Assembly (NCBI GenBank): GCA_964584335.1
Contig: CAZOZN010000002.1
Location: 2,974-66,973, forward strand
Direction: 5' to 3'
DNA length: 64,000 bases
Source: an uncultured archaeon
GTDB taxonomy: Archaea; Aenigmatarchaeota; Aenigmatarchaeia; PWEA01; JAGHBM01
Below the pieces are notes generated by a model, which was not told the DNA's origin, did no database searches, and was given only the letters and a program-made list of their open reading frames with translations. Shown piece after piece: positions 18,668 through 28,485 of the stretch. The position numbers and the translations under genes are program-made. The first letter of the stretch is position 1; each line of letters starts with the position of its first letter.

Positions 18668-19461
18668 AAGCTAATGTTTTGAATTTGGAAGGAAAAAAAG
18701 AGGGTACGGTAGACTTGCCTGATTTGTTCTTGACTGATTACAGACCCGATTTGATTAAAAGGGCTGTATTGGCCGCCAGAGCTAACAGAAGACAAAAATA
18801 CGGCTCGGATAAAATGGCAGGAAACAGAACATCAGCACACTATCATGGTTTAACAAGCAAAGACCCCAGCCAAAAAATGATGCAAAGGGATATGGCAAGA
18901 ATACCAAGAGAGCACGGTGACACAGCAAGGTTTATGAGAGGAAGGCTGGTGCCTCAAACTGTCGGTGGTAGGAGAGCACATCCCCCAAAGACAGAAAGAA
19001 ATTGGAGCAAAAAAATAAACAAAAAAGAAAGGCTTCTCGCAATAAGAAGTGCGATAGCCGCAACAAACAAAAAAGATATAGTAAAAAAGAGGAACCATTT
19101 GTTTGATTGTGAGCTTCCGATAGTAATTATAGACTCTGTCGAGAGCATCAAGAAACCAAAAGAAGTTATAGAAATGATGAAAAAAATCGGTCTTGAAGAT
19201 GAAATAAAAAGAACCAAAGAAAAAAAGAAAAGGTCCGGAAAATCAAAACTAAGAAGAGGTAAGAAAAAGAACAAAATAGGCCCGCTTATAGTAATAAAAG
19301 ATGATAAGGGAATCGTTAACGCGTGCAAAAATATACAAGGCATGGAAGCAATAAAACTTAAAGAATTGAATTCTGAGTTACTTTCTCCCGGAGCTCATGG
19401 CATAAGATTGACTATATGGTCAAAAACTGCATTTGAAGAGCTTAAAAAATACAATAAATAG
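18664..19461 (+). CDS. rpl4: Ribosomal protein uL4
   Basis: RPDLIKRAV, GGRRAHPPK, LSPG..GIRLTIWS. Confidence 0.97.
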   Translation: MKANVLNLEGKKEGTVDLPDLFLTDYRPDLIKRAVLAARANRRQKYGSDKMAGNRTSAHYHGLTSKDPSQKMMQRDMARIPREHGDTARFMRGRLVPQTVGGRRAHPPKTERNWSKKINKKERLLAIRSAIAATNKKDIVKKRNHLFDCELPIVIIDSVESIKKPKEVIEMMKKIGLEDEIKRTKEKKKRSGKSKLRRGKKKNKIGPLIVIKDDKGIVNACKNIQGMEAIKLKELNSELLSPGAHGIRLTIWSKTAFEELKKYNK

Positions 19462-19469
19462 GTGTGAAA

Positions 19470-19772
19470 ATGGCTAAAAAGGATGATAAAAAAGAGGACA
19501 AAAAATTACTCGTAGACCCTTGGAAGATAGTAATAGCTCCGCACCTGAGTGAAAAAAATATAGGATTGGTGGAATCGGAAAACAAATTAGTCTTCATAGT
19601 TAACGAAAAATCAAACAAAAAACAGATAAAATGGGCTGTAGAAAAATTATTTGATGTAAAAGTAGATAACGTCAATGTTTTGAACGATATGAAGAATAGA
19701 AAAAAAGCATTTGTTAAATTAACAAAAGACTACATAGCACTTGACGTTGCAACAAAACTAGGAATGTTGTGA
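19470..19772 (+). CDS. rpl23: Ribosomal protein uL23
   Basis: ENKLVFIV, KQIKWAVEKLFDVKV, KKAFVKL. Confidence 0.97.
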   Translation: MAKKDDKKEDKKLLVDPWKIVIAPHLSEKNIGLVESENKLVFIVNEKSNKKQIKWAVEKLFDVKVDNVNVLNDMKNRKKAFVKLTKDYIALDVATKLGML

Positions 19773-19776
19773 TAAT

Positions 19777-20454
19777 ATGGGTAAGATAAGAGCACAGAAG
19801 AAGGGAAAAAGTAAGAGATATAGAGTCCCTAAAGGAAGGTATAAAAATCAATCAAAATACAAAGAAGGGAAAGGAAAAATAATAGATATTGTTCATTCGA
19901 TAAGAAGGCCAATGTTAAAGGTGGAAAAAGAAGGTGATACCTTTTTTATGATAGCACCCGAGGATGTTTCTGTCGGAGATGAGATAGAAATAGGAAAAGA
20001 TGCAAAAGCAAGAAAGGGTAATGTTCTTCCTTTAAAGGATATACCGGAAGGCACTCCTATATTTAACATAGAAAAATTCCCAGGAGATAACGGCTCTTTT
20101 ATAAGAAGCAGCGGTGGTTTCGGCATAATAACCAGCAAAGATAAGAAATGTATTGTAAAGTTTCCATCCAAAAAAACAAGATCATTTAACTTAAACTGTA
20201 AGGCAACAGTTGGCGTTGTAGCAGGAAGCGGGAGGGTTGAAAAACCCATACTGAGAGCGGGCACAATGCACAAAATAATGAAATCAAAAGGAAAATTATA
20301 TCCAATAACCTCTGGAACAGCTATGAACCCTGTAGACCATCCTTTTGGTGGTAAGACCAGACCCGGAATACCAAAGACAACATCCAGAAACGCACCGCCT
20401 GGAGCAAAGGTCGGTTCAATAGCAGCAAAAAGAACAGGAAAGAGGAGAAGGTGA
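19777..20454 (+). CDS. rpl2: Ribosomal protein uL2
   Basis: AMNPVDHPFGG, APPGAKVGSIAAKRTG. Confidence 0.98.
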   Translation: MGKIRAQKKGKSKRYRVPKGRYKNQSKYKEGKGKIIDIVHSIRRPMLKVEKEGDTFFMIAPEDVSVGDEIEIGKDAKARKGNVLPLKDIPEGTPIFNIEKFPGDNGSFIRSSGGFGIITSKDKKCIVKFPSKKTRSFNLNCKATVGVVAGSGRVEKPILRAGTMHKIMKSKGKLYPITSGTAMNPVDHPFGGKTRPGIPKTTSRNAPPGAKVGSIAAKRTGKRRR

Positions 20455-20458
20455 TAAA

Positions 20459-20839
20459 ATGGTTAAGAAATTTATGTTCAGGGGAAAGACAATTGAAGAA
20501 ATAAAGAAAATGGACTTGAAAGAATTTTCAAAGTATCTAAGCTCTAGAAAAAGAAGAAGTTTGGAAAGAGGATTCACTCACGAACAAAAAACATTAATTA
20601 AGAAAATTGAAAAGGGTAAAAATTTCATAAAGACCCATAGAAGAGATATGATAATAATACCTCAAATGTTGGATAAAAAAATAAGCGTTTATAACGGAAA
20701 AGAATTTGTAACACTGGAAATAACCCCGGAAATGTTAGGATATTACTTGGGAGAATTCGTAAGAACAAGAAAAGAAACTAAACACTCTTCTCCTGGTATG
20801 GGAGCGACAAGAAGCTCTAAGTTTGTACCTTTGAAGTGA
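20459..20839 (+). CDS. rps19: Ribosomal protein uS19
   Basis: KTHRRDMIIIP, YNGKEF, GATRSSKFVPLK. Confidence 0.98.
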   Translation: MVKKFMFRGKTIEEIKKMDLKEFSKYLSSRKRRSLERGFTHEQKTLIKKIEKGKNFIKTHRRDMIIIPQMLDKKISVYNGKEFVTLEITPEMLGYYLGEFVRTRKETKHSSPGMGATRSSKFVPLK

Positions 20840-20843
20840 TAAT

Positions 20844-21254
20844 ATGGTTAAGTATCCTGTAAAAGCTGAAAAAGGAGAAGTAAAGGCAGCTGGTATAGGT
20901 CTCCCCATATCAACAAAAAGAAGTATTATGGTATGCAAAAAAATAAACAAGCTTGAGTTAGAAAAAGCAAAGAATTTTTTAGAGGATATGATAAGCGGGA
21001 AAAGAGAAATAGAAAGAAAGCATTTCACAAAAACTTGCAAGGAAATATTGAAAATACTTGAAAGCGGGGAAAAGAATGCAAAATACAGCGGTATGGAATA
21101 TCCTCTAATAAAAACAATATGTGCTGAAAAGGGCGCTAAGAGACTCAGGATGAAAAGAAGAAGGTCTTTCGGTTCAAGCATAAAAAACACAAACATAAAG
21201 TTAATCCTAAAAGAGGGCAAGAAAAAAACCAAAAAAGAAGGTGCTAAGAAATGA
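20844..21254 (+). CDS. rpl22: Ribosomal protein uL22
   Basis: Operon position; ISTKRSIMVCKKI, LESGEKNA. Confidence 0.9.
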   Translation: MVKYPVKAEKGEVKAAGIGLPISTKRSIMVCKKINKLELEKAKNFLEDMISGKREIERKHFTKTCKEILKILESGEKNAKYSGMEYPLIKTICAEKGAKRLRMKRRRSFGSSIKNTNIKLILKEGKKKTKKEGAKK

Positions 21255-22009
21255 GTATAAAAAACAAGTTCATATTTAACAACACAAAAAAACCGAAAAT
21301 AGAAAAGTTCCTTTGCAAGGAATTCGAAAGATATGGTTACTCTCATTCCACTATAAGAAAAACACATACAGGAATGAATATAACAATATACGCAAACAAA
21401 CCCGGACTGATAATAGGAAGGGGTGGGGAAAATATTAATAAAGTATCGGACAAGCTCAAAGAAAAATTCAATTTTGAAAACATAAAGATAGACGTTCAGG
21501 AAATAGATAAACCTTACATGAATTCAAAAATAGTTGCAGAGGAAATTAAAAATGCACTAGAAAGGGGTGTAAACAACAGAAGAATAGGCAACATAATGCT
21601 AAGAAAGGTAATAGAAAGCGGTGCCATAGGATGTGAAATAAGATTAAGCGGCAAACTCGGTTCCGCAAAATCAAGAGTCCAAAGATTCTACAAAGGTTAT
21701 CTAAAATACTCAGGAGATACTGCAAAAAACTTTGTAGACTACGCAAAAGTAAGTGCAGTTACAAAAGCAGGTTCAATAGGGATAAAGGTCAGGATAATGA
21801 AAGATTACCCGGAGGCAAAAATAAGAGAAATAAAAGAAGTGAAAAAGAAAGAAGAGAAAAAAGATTTAAAATGCCCGTATTGTGGTAAGGTTTACGAAAA
21901 AGAAAGAAGTCTGAAGATACATATAGGACAGAAACACTCAGAAGAAGATAAACCAAAAAAAGAAGATAAAAAAGAAAAGGTAGATAAAAATGACGATTCT
22001 AAGAAGTAA
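21251..22009 (+). CDS. rps3: Ribosomal protein uS3 with a C-terminal C2H2 zinc finger
   Basis: KH domain KPGLIIGRGG, GAIGCEIRLSGKL; tail CPYC-x12-H-x4-H. Confidence 0.97.
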   Translation: MSIKNKFIFNNTKKPKIEKFLCKEFERYGYSHSTIRKTHTGMNITIYANKPGLIIGRGGENINKVSDKLKEKFNFENIKIDVQEIDKPYMNSKIVAEEIKNALERGVNNRRIGNIMLRKVIESGAIGCEIRLSGKLGSAKSRVQRFYKGYLKYSGDTAKNFVDYAKVSAVTKAGSIGIKVRIMKDYPEAKIREIKEVKKKEEKKDLKCPYCGKVYEKERSLKIHIGQKHSEEDKPKKEDKKEKVDKNDDSKK

Positions 22010-22202
22010 AGAAGTTAGGAAAATGACAGACAAAGAGATAGACAAAAAGGTAGAGGAGCTTAACCTGGAACTTTCCAAAAAGAAAGCTCAGATAATAGTG
22101 GGTGGTGCTCCTGAAAACACTGGCAGAATAAGAGAAATCAAAAAAACTATTGCCAGGATATTAACAATAAAAAAAGAAAAAAAGGTGATAAAAAATCAGT
22201 GA
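21990..22202 (+). CDS. rpl29: Ribosomal protein uL29
   Basis: ENTGRIREIKKTIARILT. Confidence 0.96.
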   Translation: MTILRSKEVRKMTDKEIDKKVEELNLELSKKKAQIIVGGAPENTGRIREIKKTIARILTIKKEKKVIKNQ

Positions 22203-22203
22203 A

Positions 22204-22503
22204 ATGTGTCCAAATTGCGGACTCCCGAAAGACCTTTGTATATGTGAGACACTAGCAAAAGAGGAAAAAAAATTAAATGTCTATGTTGATAGGAGAAGAT
22301 ACGGAAAAGCTATGACTGTAATAGAAAACGTATCAAACGACATGAATCCAGGAGAAATATTAACAAAACTCAAAAAAAGACTTGCTTGTGGGGGCACATA
22401 CAAAAACGGGAAAATAGAACTACAAGGAAATCACATAAGAAAAATGGAAAACCTATTGACGAAACTTGGTTTTTCAAAAAAGCAACTTGAAATAAAAAAT
22501 TAA
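22204..22503 (+). CDS. Translation initiation factor SUI1 (aIF-1)
   Basis: CPNCGLPKDLCICE, LACGGT, IELQGNH. Confidence 0.96.
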   Translation: MCPNCGLPKDLCICETLAKEEKKLNVYVDRRRYGKAMTVIENVSNDMNPGEILTKLKKRLACGGTYKNGKIELQGNHIRKMENLLTKLGFSKKQLEIKN

Positions 22504-22769
22504 TGATGATAACAAAAAAGAACATAAAAAAACACGAGATAATCGGTCTTGAAGTAGAGGTATTAAAAAGCAAAAACAAATCACAAGAAAAAATGAAAGG
22601 TCTTGTGGTTGATGAAACAAAAAAAACCATAAAAGTAGATACAAAAAAAGAGGAAAAAACGATACCTAAACAGGATACCGTTTTCATGTTCAAGAAAAAC
22701 AAAAAGGTAATCAAAGTAAACGGAAACGATATAATGTTCAGACCAGAAGAAAGAATAAGAAAATGTTAA
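22503..22769 (+). CDS. rnp1: RNase P protein Rpp29
   Basis: HEIIGLEVEV, GLVVDETK, RPEER. Confidence 0.93.
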   Translation: MMITKKNIKKHEIIGLEVEVLKSKNKSQEKMKGLVVDETKKTIKVDTKKEEKTIPKQDTVFMFKKNKKVIKVNGNDIMFRPEERIRKC

Positions 22770-22779
22770 GGTGAATAAA

Positions 22780-23106
22780 ATGAATGAAATAGGACTAAGC
22801 GTAAATGCACCAAAAGATAAATGCAACAGTAGAAAATGCCCATTCCATGGAACCCTGCCTGTAAGGGGAAGGGTCTTTAATGGCATTGTGATTAGTGATA
22901 AGTCTAAAGATACTGTAATCGTAGAGTGGGATTATTTCAATTTTATACCAAAATACGAAAGATATGAAAGAAAAAAGACAAGAATACTCGCGCACAATCC
23001 GTCTTGTATAAACGCGAAAAAAGGAGATTCTGTTACAATTGCAGAATGCAGACCGATTAGCAAGAAAAAGAACTTTGTTGTAGTTGAGAAAGAGGTGAAA
23101 AAATGA
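22780..23106 (+). CDS. rps17: Ribosomal protein uS17
   Basis: CPFHGTLPVRG, KYERYE, ECRPISK. Confidence 0.98.
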   Translation: MNEIGLSVNAPKDKCNSRKCPFHGTLPVRGRVFNGIVISDKSKDTVIVEWDYFNFIPKYERYERKKTRILAHNPSCINAKKGDSVTIAECRPISKKKNFVVVEKEVKK

Positions 23107-23501
23107 AGGCAACGGGTTCTAGAATAACCAAGGGAATAAATAACGGTGCAATTATAAAGTGCATAGATAACAGCGGAGCGAAATTACTTAAGGTTTTTGC
23201 TGTAAAGGGTTATAAAGGTCGTAAGAGAAGACAACCAAAGGCCGGTGTCGGAGACATCGTTTTGTGTTCAGTAAAAAAAGGTACACCAAAAATAAGACAG
23301 GAAACCCCGACTGCAGTAATAGTAAGACAAAAAAAGGAAATAAAAAGGCCGGACGGGACTGTTATAAAATTTGAAGATAATGCTGCCATATTGGTAGGTG
23401 AAAAAAAGGAGCCAAGAGGTTCTGAAATAAAGGGTCCTATAGCAAAAGAAGTCGTAAAAAGATTTCCGCCTATAGGGAAAATAGCAAGAATAGTGATTTA
23501 A
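23103..23501 (+). CDS. rpl14: Ribosomal protein uL14
   Basis: DNSGAK, FEDNAA, GPIAKE. Confidence 0.98.
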   Translation: MKATGSRITKGINNGAIIKCIDNSGAKLLKVFAVKGYKGRKRRQPKAGVGDIVLCSVKKGTPKIRQETPTAVIVRQKKEIKRPDGTVIKFEDNAAILVGEKKEPRGSEIKGPIAKEVVKRFPPIGKIARIVI

Positions 23502-24026
23502 ATGAAAACAACTCAGCCAAGAAAACAAAGAAAAAGATTGTACAACATGCCAATTCATCAAAGGCATAAATTGATAAATGTTGGTCTGAGTGAAAATCTA
23601 AGAAAGAAATTCAACAGAAGAAATATGGCAATAAGAAAAGGAGATAAGGTAGAAGTAATGAGAGGGGAATTCAAGGGAACAAAAAGTATCGTAAATAAAG
23701 TTGACCTTAGAAACTTAAAAATAATATTAGATGAAGTCAAGAGAAGCAAGACCGACGGAACCGAAGTAAGAATACCGGTTCATCCATCAAATTTAAGATT
23801 AATAGAACCAGACATGACAGACAAAAAAAGACAGAAAGTAGTAAAAAGAGTTAAAGGAGAATTCGAAGTTAAAAAACCCAAACCAAAGAAGAAAAAGGAA
23901 AAGAAAGAAGTAAAGAAAAAAGATGAAGGTATTAAATGCCCGGTTTGTGGTAAGAAGTTTGAAAACAAGAAAGATTTGAATACTCACGTAGAGAAAGATC
24001 ATAAACAATTCAGAAAAGGTGAATAA
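23502..24026 (+). CDS. rpl24: Ribosomal protein uL24 with a C-terminal C2H2 zinc finger
   Basis: QPRKQRK, KOW GDKVEVMRG, HPSN; tail CPVC-x12-H-x4-H. Confidence 0.97.
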   Translation: MKTTQPRKQRKRLYNMPIHQRHKLINVGLSENLRKKFNRRNMAIRKGDKVEVMRGEFKGTKSIVNKVDLRNLKIILDEVKRSKTDGTEVRIPVHPSNLRLIEPDMTDKKRQKVVKRVKGEFEVKKPKPKKKKEKKEVKKKDEGIKCPVCGKKFENKKDLNTHVEKDHKQFRKGE

Positions 24027-24719
24027 ATGCATCAAAAAAGATTATCAGCACCAAAAAGTTACCCAATAAAAAGAAAATTAAATAAAAGGTTCTTGGTATG
24101 TCCTAGACCGGGCCCTCATCCAAAAAACAACTGTATAACTCTTTTATCGGTTTTAAGAGACATGCTTGAGTACTGTGAAAACTCCAGAGAGGCCAGATAT
24201 ACAATAAAATTGGGTAAAGTAATGGTAGACGGAAAAACTAGAAAAGACCTGAAATATCCTGTAGGAATTTTCGACATAATAACATTACCCGAAATAAAGG
24301 AGAGCTACATCGTTGTATCGGGAGAAAAATATCTTAAATTATTGAAAACTGATAAAAAATCAAAAATTTGCAGAATAGAAAACAAGACAAAGATAAAGGG
24401 AGGTAAGACTCAGCTAAATCTTCATGATGGTAAAAATTTAATAGTAGATAAAGACCGGTACAAGACTAAAGATTCTTTGGTTTTGGAATTACCAAACTTA
24501 AAAATAGAGAAACATCTAAAGAGAAAAGAAAATTCATTGTGTCTTATAATAAAAGGAAGTAACATGGGTAAGATTGGGAAAATTAAAGATATTAAAAAAA
24601 CACCGGGTTCAAAACCTAACATGGCTTCCATAGAGATTAATCAGAAAACGGTTGATATACCGGAAAAATTTGTTTTTGTTATAGGAGAAAAAACCCCCGA
24701 AATAAAGATAAGTGATTAG
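24027..24719 (+). CDS. rps4e: Ribosomal protein eS4
   Basis: HQKRLSAP, PGPH, QLNLHDG. Confidence 0.97.
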   Translation: MHQKRLSAPKSYPIKRKLNKRFLVCPRPGPHPKNNCITLLSVLRDMLEYCENSREARYTIKLGKVMVDGKTRKDLKYPVGIFDIITLPEIKESYIVVSGEKYLKLLKTDKKSKICRIENKTKIKGGKTQLNLHDGKNLIVDKDRYKTKDSLVLELPNLKIEKHLKRKENSLCLIIKGSNMGKIGKIKDIKKTPGSKPNMASIEINQKTVDIPEKFVFVIGEKTPEIKISD

Positions 24720-24720
24720 T

Positions 24721-25230
24721 ATGAAAGAAAATCCAATGAGAAAAATCACAATAGAGAAAGTCACCTTAAATATAGGCATAGGTGAATCTGGAGAAAAACT
24801 TGAAAAAGCGAAAAAATTACTTGAAAACTTCACTGGGAAAAAGGTAGTGTTAACAAAAGCAAAAAAAAGAAACACTTTCGGTTCATCAAAGGGAAAGAAA
24901 ATAGGAGCAAAAGTAACTCTGAGAGATGAGAAAGCGATAGAAATACTTAAGAAAGTTTTGGAAGCAAAAGAAATGAAGCTAAAAGAAAGGTGTTTCGATA
25001 AAAACGGTAATTTCTCTTTCGGAATACACGAACATATAGACATACCGGGTGTGAAATACGACCCCAAGATAGGGATATATGGAATGGATATATGCGTTAC
25101 GCTTCAGAGACCGGGTTTCAGCATAAAAAGAAAGAAAATAAACAAAAAAATCGGAAAAACCCACAAGATAAAAAAAGAAGATGCAATGGATTTCGCTAAT
25201 AAAAAACTAGGAATTGACGTGATAAAATGA
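24721..25230 (+). CDS. rpl5: Ribosomal protein uL5
   Basis: [31 protein letters not shown]. Confidence 0.98.
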   Translation: MKENPMRKITIEKVTLNIGIGESGEKLEKAKKLLENFTGKKVVLTKAKKRNTFGSSKGKKIGAKVTLRDEKAIEILKKVLEAKEMKLKERCFDKNGNFSFGIHEHIDIPGVKYDPKIGIYGMDICVTLQRPGFSIKRKKINKKIGKTHKIKKEDAMDFANKKLGIDVIK

Positions 25231-25379
25231 AAAATGATGATATCAAAAAAAATAAACCAAAATCAAGGAAATGTGCAAGATGTGGGAGGCACGGAGCACT
25301 AATAAGAAAATATGGCCTTTGCTATTGCAGGCACTGCTTCAGAGAAATAGCAGAAGAAATTGGGTTTAAAAAATATTAA
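25227..25379 (+). CDS. rps14: Ribosomal protein uS14 (50 aa, not in ORF track)
   Basis: Hand translation: ...[37 protein letters not shown]. Confidence 0.96.
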   Translation: MKNDDIKKNKPKSRKCARCGRHGALIRKYGLCYCRHCFREIAEEIGFKKY

Positions 25380-25391
25380 AGGTGATAAAGA

Positions 25392-25766
25392 ATGCGCCAT
25401 GACAATCTAGCAGACTTTTTTTCAGCAATGAAGAACGCTGAAATGGTAGGTAAAGGTATATGTTTTGCACCTGTATCGGGTTTAATAAAAAATGTACTCG
25501 AAGTAATAAAGAATAATAATTATATAAAAGATTTTAATCAAGAAGGCAAGAGATTTAAAATAGAACTCAACCATAAGATAAATGACTGTAATGTAATAAA
25601 ACCTAGATTCTCTTTCAAGAAGGACGAACTCAAAAAATGGGAAAAAAGATTCCTGCCATCTACAGATTTTGGTATAATAATTGTAACAACACCTAAAGGA
25701 GTCATGACTCACGAAAAAGCAAGGAAAGAAAATATAGGAGGAAAACTGCTTGGTTACGTGTACTAG
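25392..25766 (+). CDS. rps8: Ribosomal protein uS8
   Basis: IKPRFS, TTPKGVMTH, GGKLLGYVY. Confidence 0.98.
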   Translation: MRHDNLADFFSAMKNAEMVGKGICFAPVSGLIKNVLEVIKNNNYIKDFNQEGKRFKIELNHKINDCNVIKPRFSFKKDELKKWEKRFLPSTDFGIIIVTTPKGVMTHEKARKENIGGKLLGYVY

Positions 25767-25775
25767 GTGAATATA

Positions 25776-26315
25776 ATGAAAAAAGAAATGAACATACCCA
25801 AAGGAATTGAAACAGAATTAAAAGAAGACTTATTAACAGTTAAAGGTGGGAATGGTGAAATAACAAAAAAATTCTATTATCCGAAACTTGAAATCAAAAA
25901 ATCGGGAGATAAAATAATAATAAAGTCAAAAGACGAAAAAAAGAAGACAAAGGCGATAATAGGAACATGGTCATCCATTATAGAAAATATGTTCAAAGGG
26001 GTTGAGAGATTTTACGAATATAAAATGAAAATATCTCATGTTCATTTTCCAATGAACGTTTCTGTTGAAGGAAATAAAGTCATAATTAAGAACTTCCTTG
26101 GTCAGAAAAATGATAGATATGCAAAGATAGTAGAAGGTGTTGAAGTAAAGATAAACGGCGAAGACGTGATAATAAAAGGTATAGATAAAGAAAAAGTTGG
26201 TCAAACGGCTGCTAACATAGAAAAATCAACAAGTTTAAAAACAAGAAGAGATAGAAGAGTTTTTTCTGATGGTATATATATAACACTAAAAGACAGGGGT
26301 GAAGAAGATGAATAA
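25776..26315 (+). CDS. rpl6: Ribosomal protein uL6
   Basis: HFPM, NFLG, VGQTAANIE, DRRVFSDGIY. Confidence 0.97.
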   Translation: MKKEMNIPKGIETELKEDLLTVKGGNGEITKKFYYPKLEIKKSGDKIIIKSKDEKKKTKAIIGTWSSIIENMFKGVERFYEYKMKISHVHFPMNVSVEGNKVIIKNFLGQKNDRYAKIVEGVEVKINGEDVIIKGIDKEKVGQTAANIEKSTSLKTRRDRRVFSDGIYITLKDRGEEDE

Positions 26316-26649
26316 AAAATACAGAAGGCATCCTGAACTTAAAAAACTCGGAGAAAAATGGAGAAAACCGAAGACCAGAACAAACAAAATAAGAAGAAAA
26401 CTAAAAGGCAAAAAACCGATGCCTTTGATAGGTAGCGGATCACCTAAAAAAGAAAGAAATAGGCACCCTTCTGGTTTATTTGAAATAAGAGTGTCAAATC
26501 CAAAGGAACTTGATGAAGTAGACAAAAAAACAGAATGTGTTAGAATATCCGGCAGTGTTGGTAATAAAAAGAAAATTATTATAACAAAAGAAGCGAATAA
26601 AATGGGAATAAAAGTTTTGAATCCTAAATTGAGGGTGGTTAATAAATGA
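26308..26649 (+). CDS. rpl32e: Ribosomal protein eL32
   Basis: WRKPK, HPSG, KVLNP. Confidence 0.93.
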   Translation: MNKKYRRHPELKKLGEKWRKPKTRTNKIRRKLKGKKPMPLIGSGSPKKERNRHPSGLFEIRVSNPKELDEVDKKTECVRISGSVGNKKKIIITKEANKMGIKVLNPKLRVVNK

Positions 26650-26831
26650 TAAGTCTAGCTAAAAAAAGCGAGAATTGTCCTTTATGTGGCAATTTGGGTA
26701 AAAATTTTGATGTAGAAAAGGATAGTCTAAAAAATTGTCCTATATGCGGGACAGTATTTAATGAATTTGGAATAATATTGACTCAAGAAATGGACGATGA
26801 AATGTTAAAAAACAGAATAGAAAACAACTAA
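26646..26831 (+). CDS. Small zinc-ribbon protein inserted between eL32 and eL19
   Basis: CPLC...CPIC; ATG overlaps eL32 stop. Confidence 0.7.
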   Translation: MISLAKKSENCPLCGNLGKNFDVEKDSLKNCPICGTVFNEFGIILTQEMDDEMLKNRIENN

Positions 26832-26840
26832 TGTGTTACT

Positions 26841-27299
26841 ATGGATATAAAAAACAAGACCAAAATGGCAGCAAGCATACTGAAATGTGGAATTAAAAAA
26901 GTTTGGATAGACCCGAACGAAATGGAAGAGGTGTCTAAAGCCATAACAAAGGCGGATATAAGAAATCTAATAAAAAAGGGTATAATTAAAAAAAGGTCGC
27001 TTAACGAACAAAGCAGAGGCAGGGCAAGGAAGATATTAAGGCAAAAAAAACTAGGTAGAAGAAAAGGAAGAGGAAAAAAGAAAGGAAAGAAACTCTCAAA
27101 GACTACAAAAAAGAAGGAATGGATAAAAACAATAAGACCGCTCAGAAAAAAGCTAAAAGAACTAAGAGACTCTGGTAGTATAGACAAAAACCAATATAGA
27201 AAACTCTATTTAATGGCAAAGGGTGGCAGGTTCAAAAACAAATCAAATTTAAATCTTTACATAAAAAACAACATTGGAGTCAAACAAGAAAATAAGTGA
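26841..27299 (+). CDS. rpl19e: Ribosomal protein eL19
   Basis: KVWIDP, SRGRAR, YRKLYLMAKGG. Confidence 0.97.
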   Translation: MDIKNKTKMAASILKCGIKKVWIDPNEMEEVSKAITKADIRNLIKKGIIKKRSLNEQSRGRARKILRQKKLGRRKGRGKKKGKKLSKTTKKKEWIKTIRPLRKKLKELRDSGSIDKNQYRKLYLMAKGGRFKNKSNLNLYIKNNIGVKQENK

Positions 27300-27303
27300 T
27301 TTT

Positions 27304-27795
27304 ATGAGAAAAAAATACAAAATGCCCCACAAAAGAAGAAGACTAAAGAGAACTAACTATAAATTAAGACTTGGTCTGCTCAAGAGCAGTAAAAGCAGGC
27401 TTGTTATAAGAAAATCAAACAAGCATATAATGGGGCAAATAGTAAAATATGAAAAAAACGGAGACAAAACAATAATCTCAGCTCATAGTATTATGTTGAA
27501 AAAGCTTGGATGGGAAAAAAACTGCAGTAATGTTCCAGCTGCCTACCTGACAGGTTTTTTCTTGGGAAAGAAAGCAAAAGAAAAAAATATAAACGAGGCT
27601 GTCTTGGATTTGGGGCTTCAAAATAACACAAAAGGTAATAGAATATATGCCTTCCTAAAGGGAGCTCTAGATGCCGGGTTGAAAATAAATCATTCAAAGG
27701 ATGTAATACCAAAAGAAGAAAGAATATCAGGTGAACACATAAACAAAGATATAGTAAAAGAATTCGAGGCATTAAAGAATAAAATAATAAAGTGA
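27304..27795 (+). CDS. rpl18: Ribosomal protein uL18
   Basis: TNYKLRL, RLVIRKSN, AAYLTG, KGALDAG. Confidence 0.97.
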   Translation: MRKKYKMPHKRRRLKRTNYKLRLGLLKSSKSRLVIRKSNKHIMGQIVKYEKNGDKTIISAHSIMLKKLGWEKNCSNVPAAYLTGFFLGKKAKEKNINEAVLDLGLQNNTKGNRIYAFLKGALDAGLKINHSKDVIPKEERISGEHINKDIVKEFEALKNKIIK

Positions 27796-27800
27796 TTTTT

Positions 27801-28481
27801 ATGAAGAGGAAAAAAGAAAATAGAGAATCTTACACAAACATAGAAGAATGGGTTCCTAAGACGAAGTTAGGTAAAGACGTAATAGAAGGCAAAGTAACTT
27901 CAATGGAACAAATATTTGAAGAAGGAAGAAAAATTATGGAGCCTGAAATAGTAGACTTTTTACTGCCAGGCATAGAACACGAACTAATATTGATAGGAGG
28001 TAGTCCGGGTAAAGGCGGTGGAAAAAGAAGAACACCAGGAAAAAGAACCGCAAGAATGCACAAAAGTGGAAGAAGGTTCAGCAACACATGCCTTGTCGTA
28101 GCAGGAAACAAAGACGGTTTTGTAGGAATCGGTATAGATAAAGCACCGGACTTCAGGGAAGCTCTTAATAAGGCTCTAAATAAAGCAAAAATAAACATAA
28201 TACCCATAAAAAGAGGTTGCGGTAGCTGGGAATGTGGCTGTAAAACCGAACACTCAATACCATTTGAAGTAAGAGGTAAACAGGGCAGTTCAATAGCTTT
28301 ATTAAAACCTGCACCAAAAGGTCTTGGGTTATGTGTATCAGACAGTGTAAAGAAAGTTATGATACTAGCAGGAATAAAAGATTTGTGGATAAAATCATAT
28401 GGAAAGACAAGAACAAGGACAAATTTCATAAAAGCTGTTTTTAATGCATTAAAGAAAATAAACACAATAAAATCGGATTGA
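27801..28481 (+). CDS. rps5: Ribosomal protein uS5
   Basis: WVPKTKLG, RGCGSWEC, PAPKGLG. Confidence 0.97.
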   Translation: MKRKKENRESYTNIEEWVPKTKLGKDVIEGKVTSMEQIFEEGRKIMEPEIVDFLLPGIEHELILIGGSPGKGGGKRRTPGKRTARMHKSGRRFSNTCLVVAGNKDGFVGIGIDKAPDFREALNKALNKAKINIIPIKRGCGSWECGCKTEHSIPFEVRGKQGSSIALLKPAPKGLGLCVSDSVKKVMILAGIKDLWIKSYGKTRTRTNFIKAVFNALKKINTIKSD

Positions 28482-28485
28482 TAAT

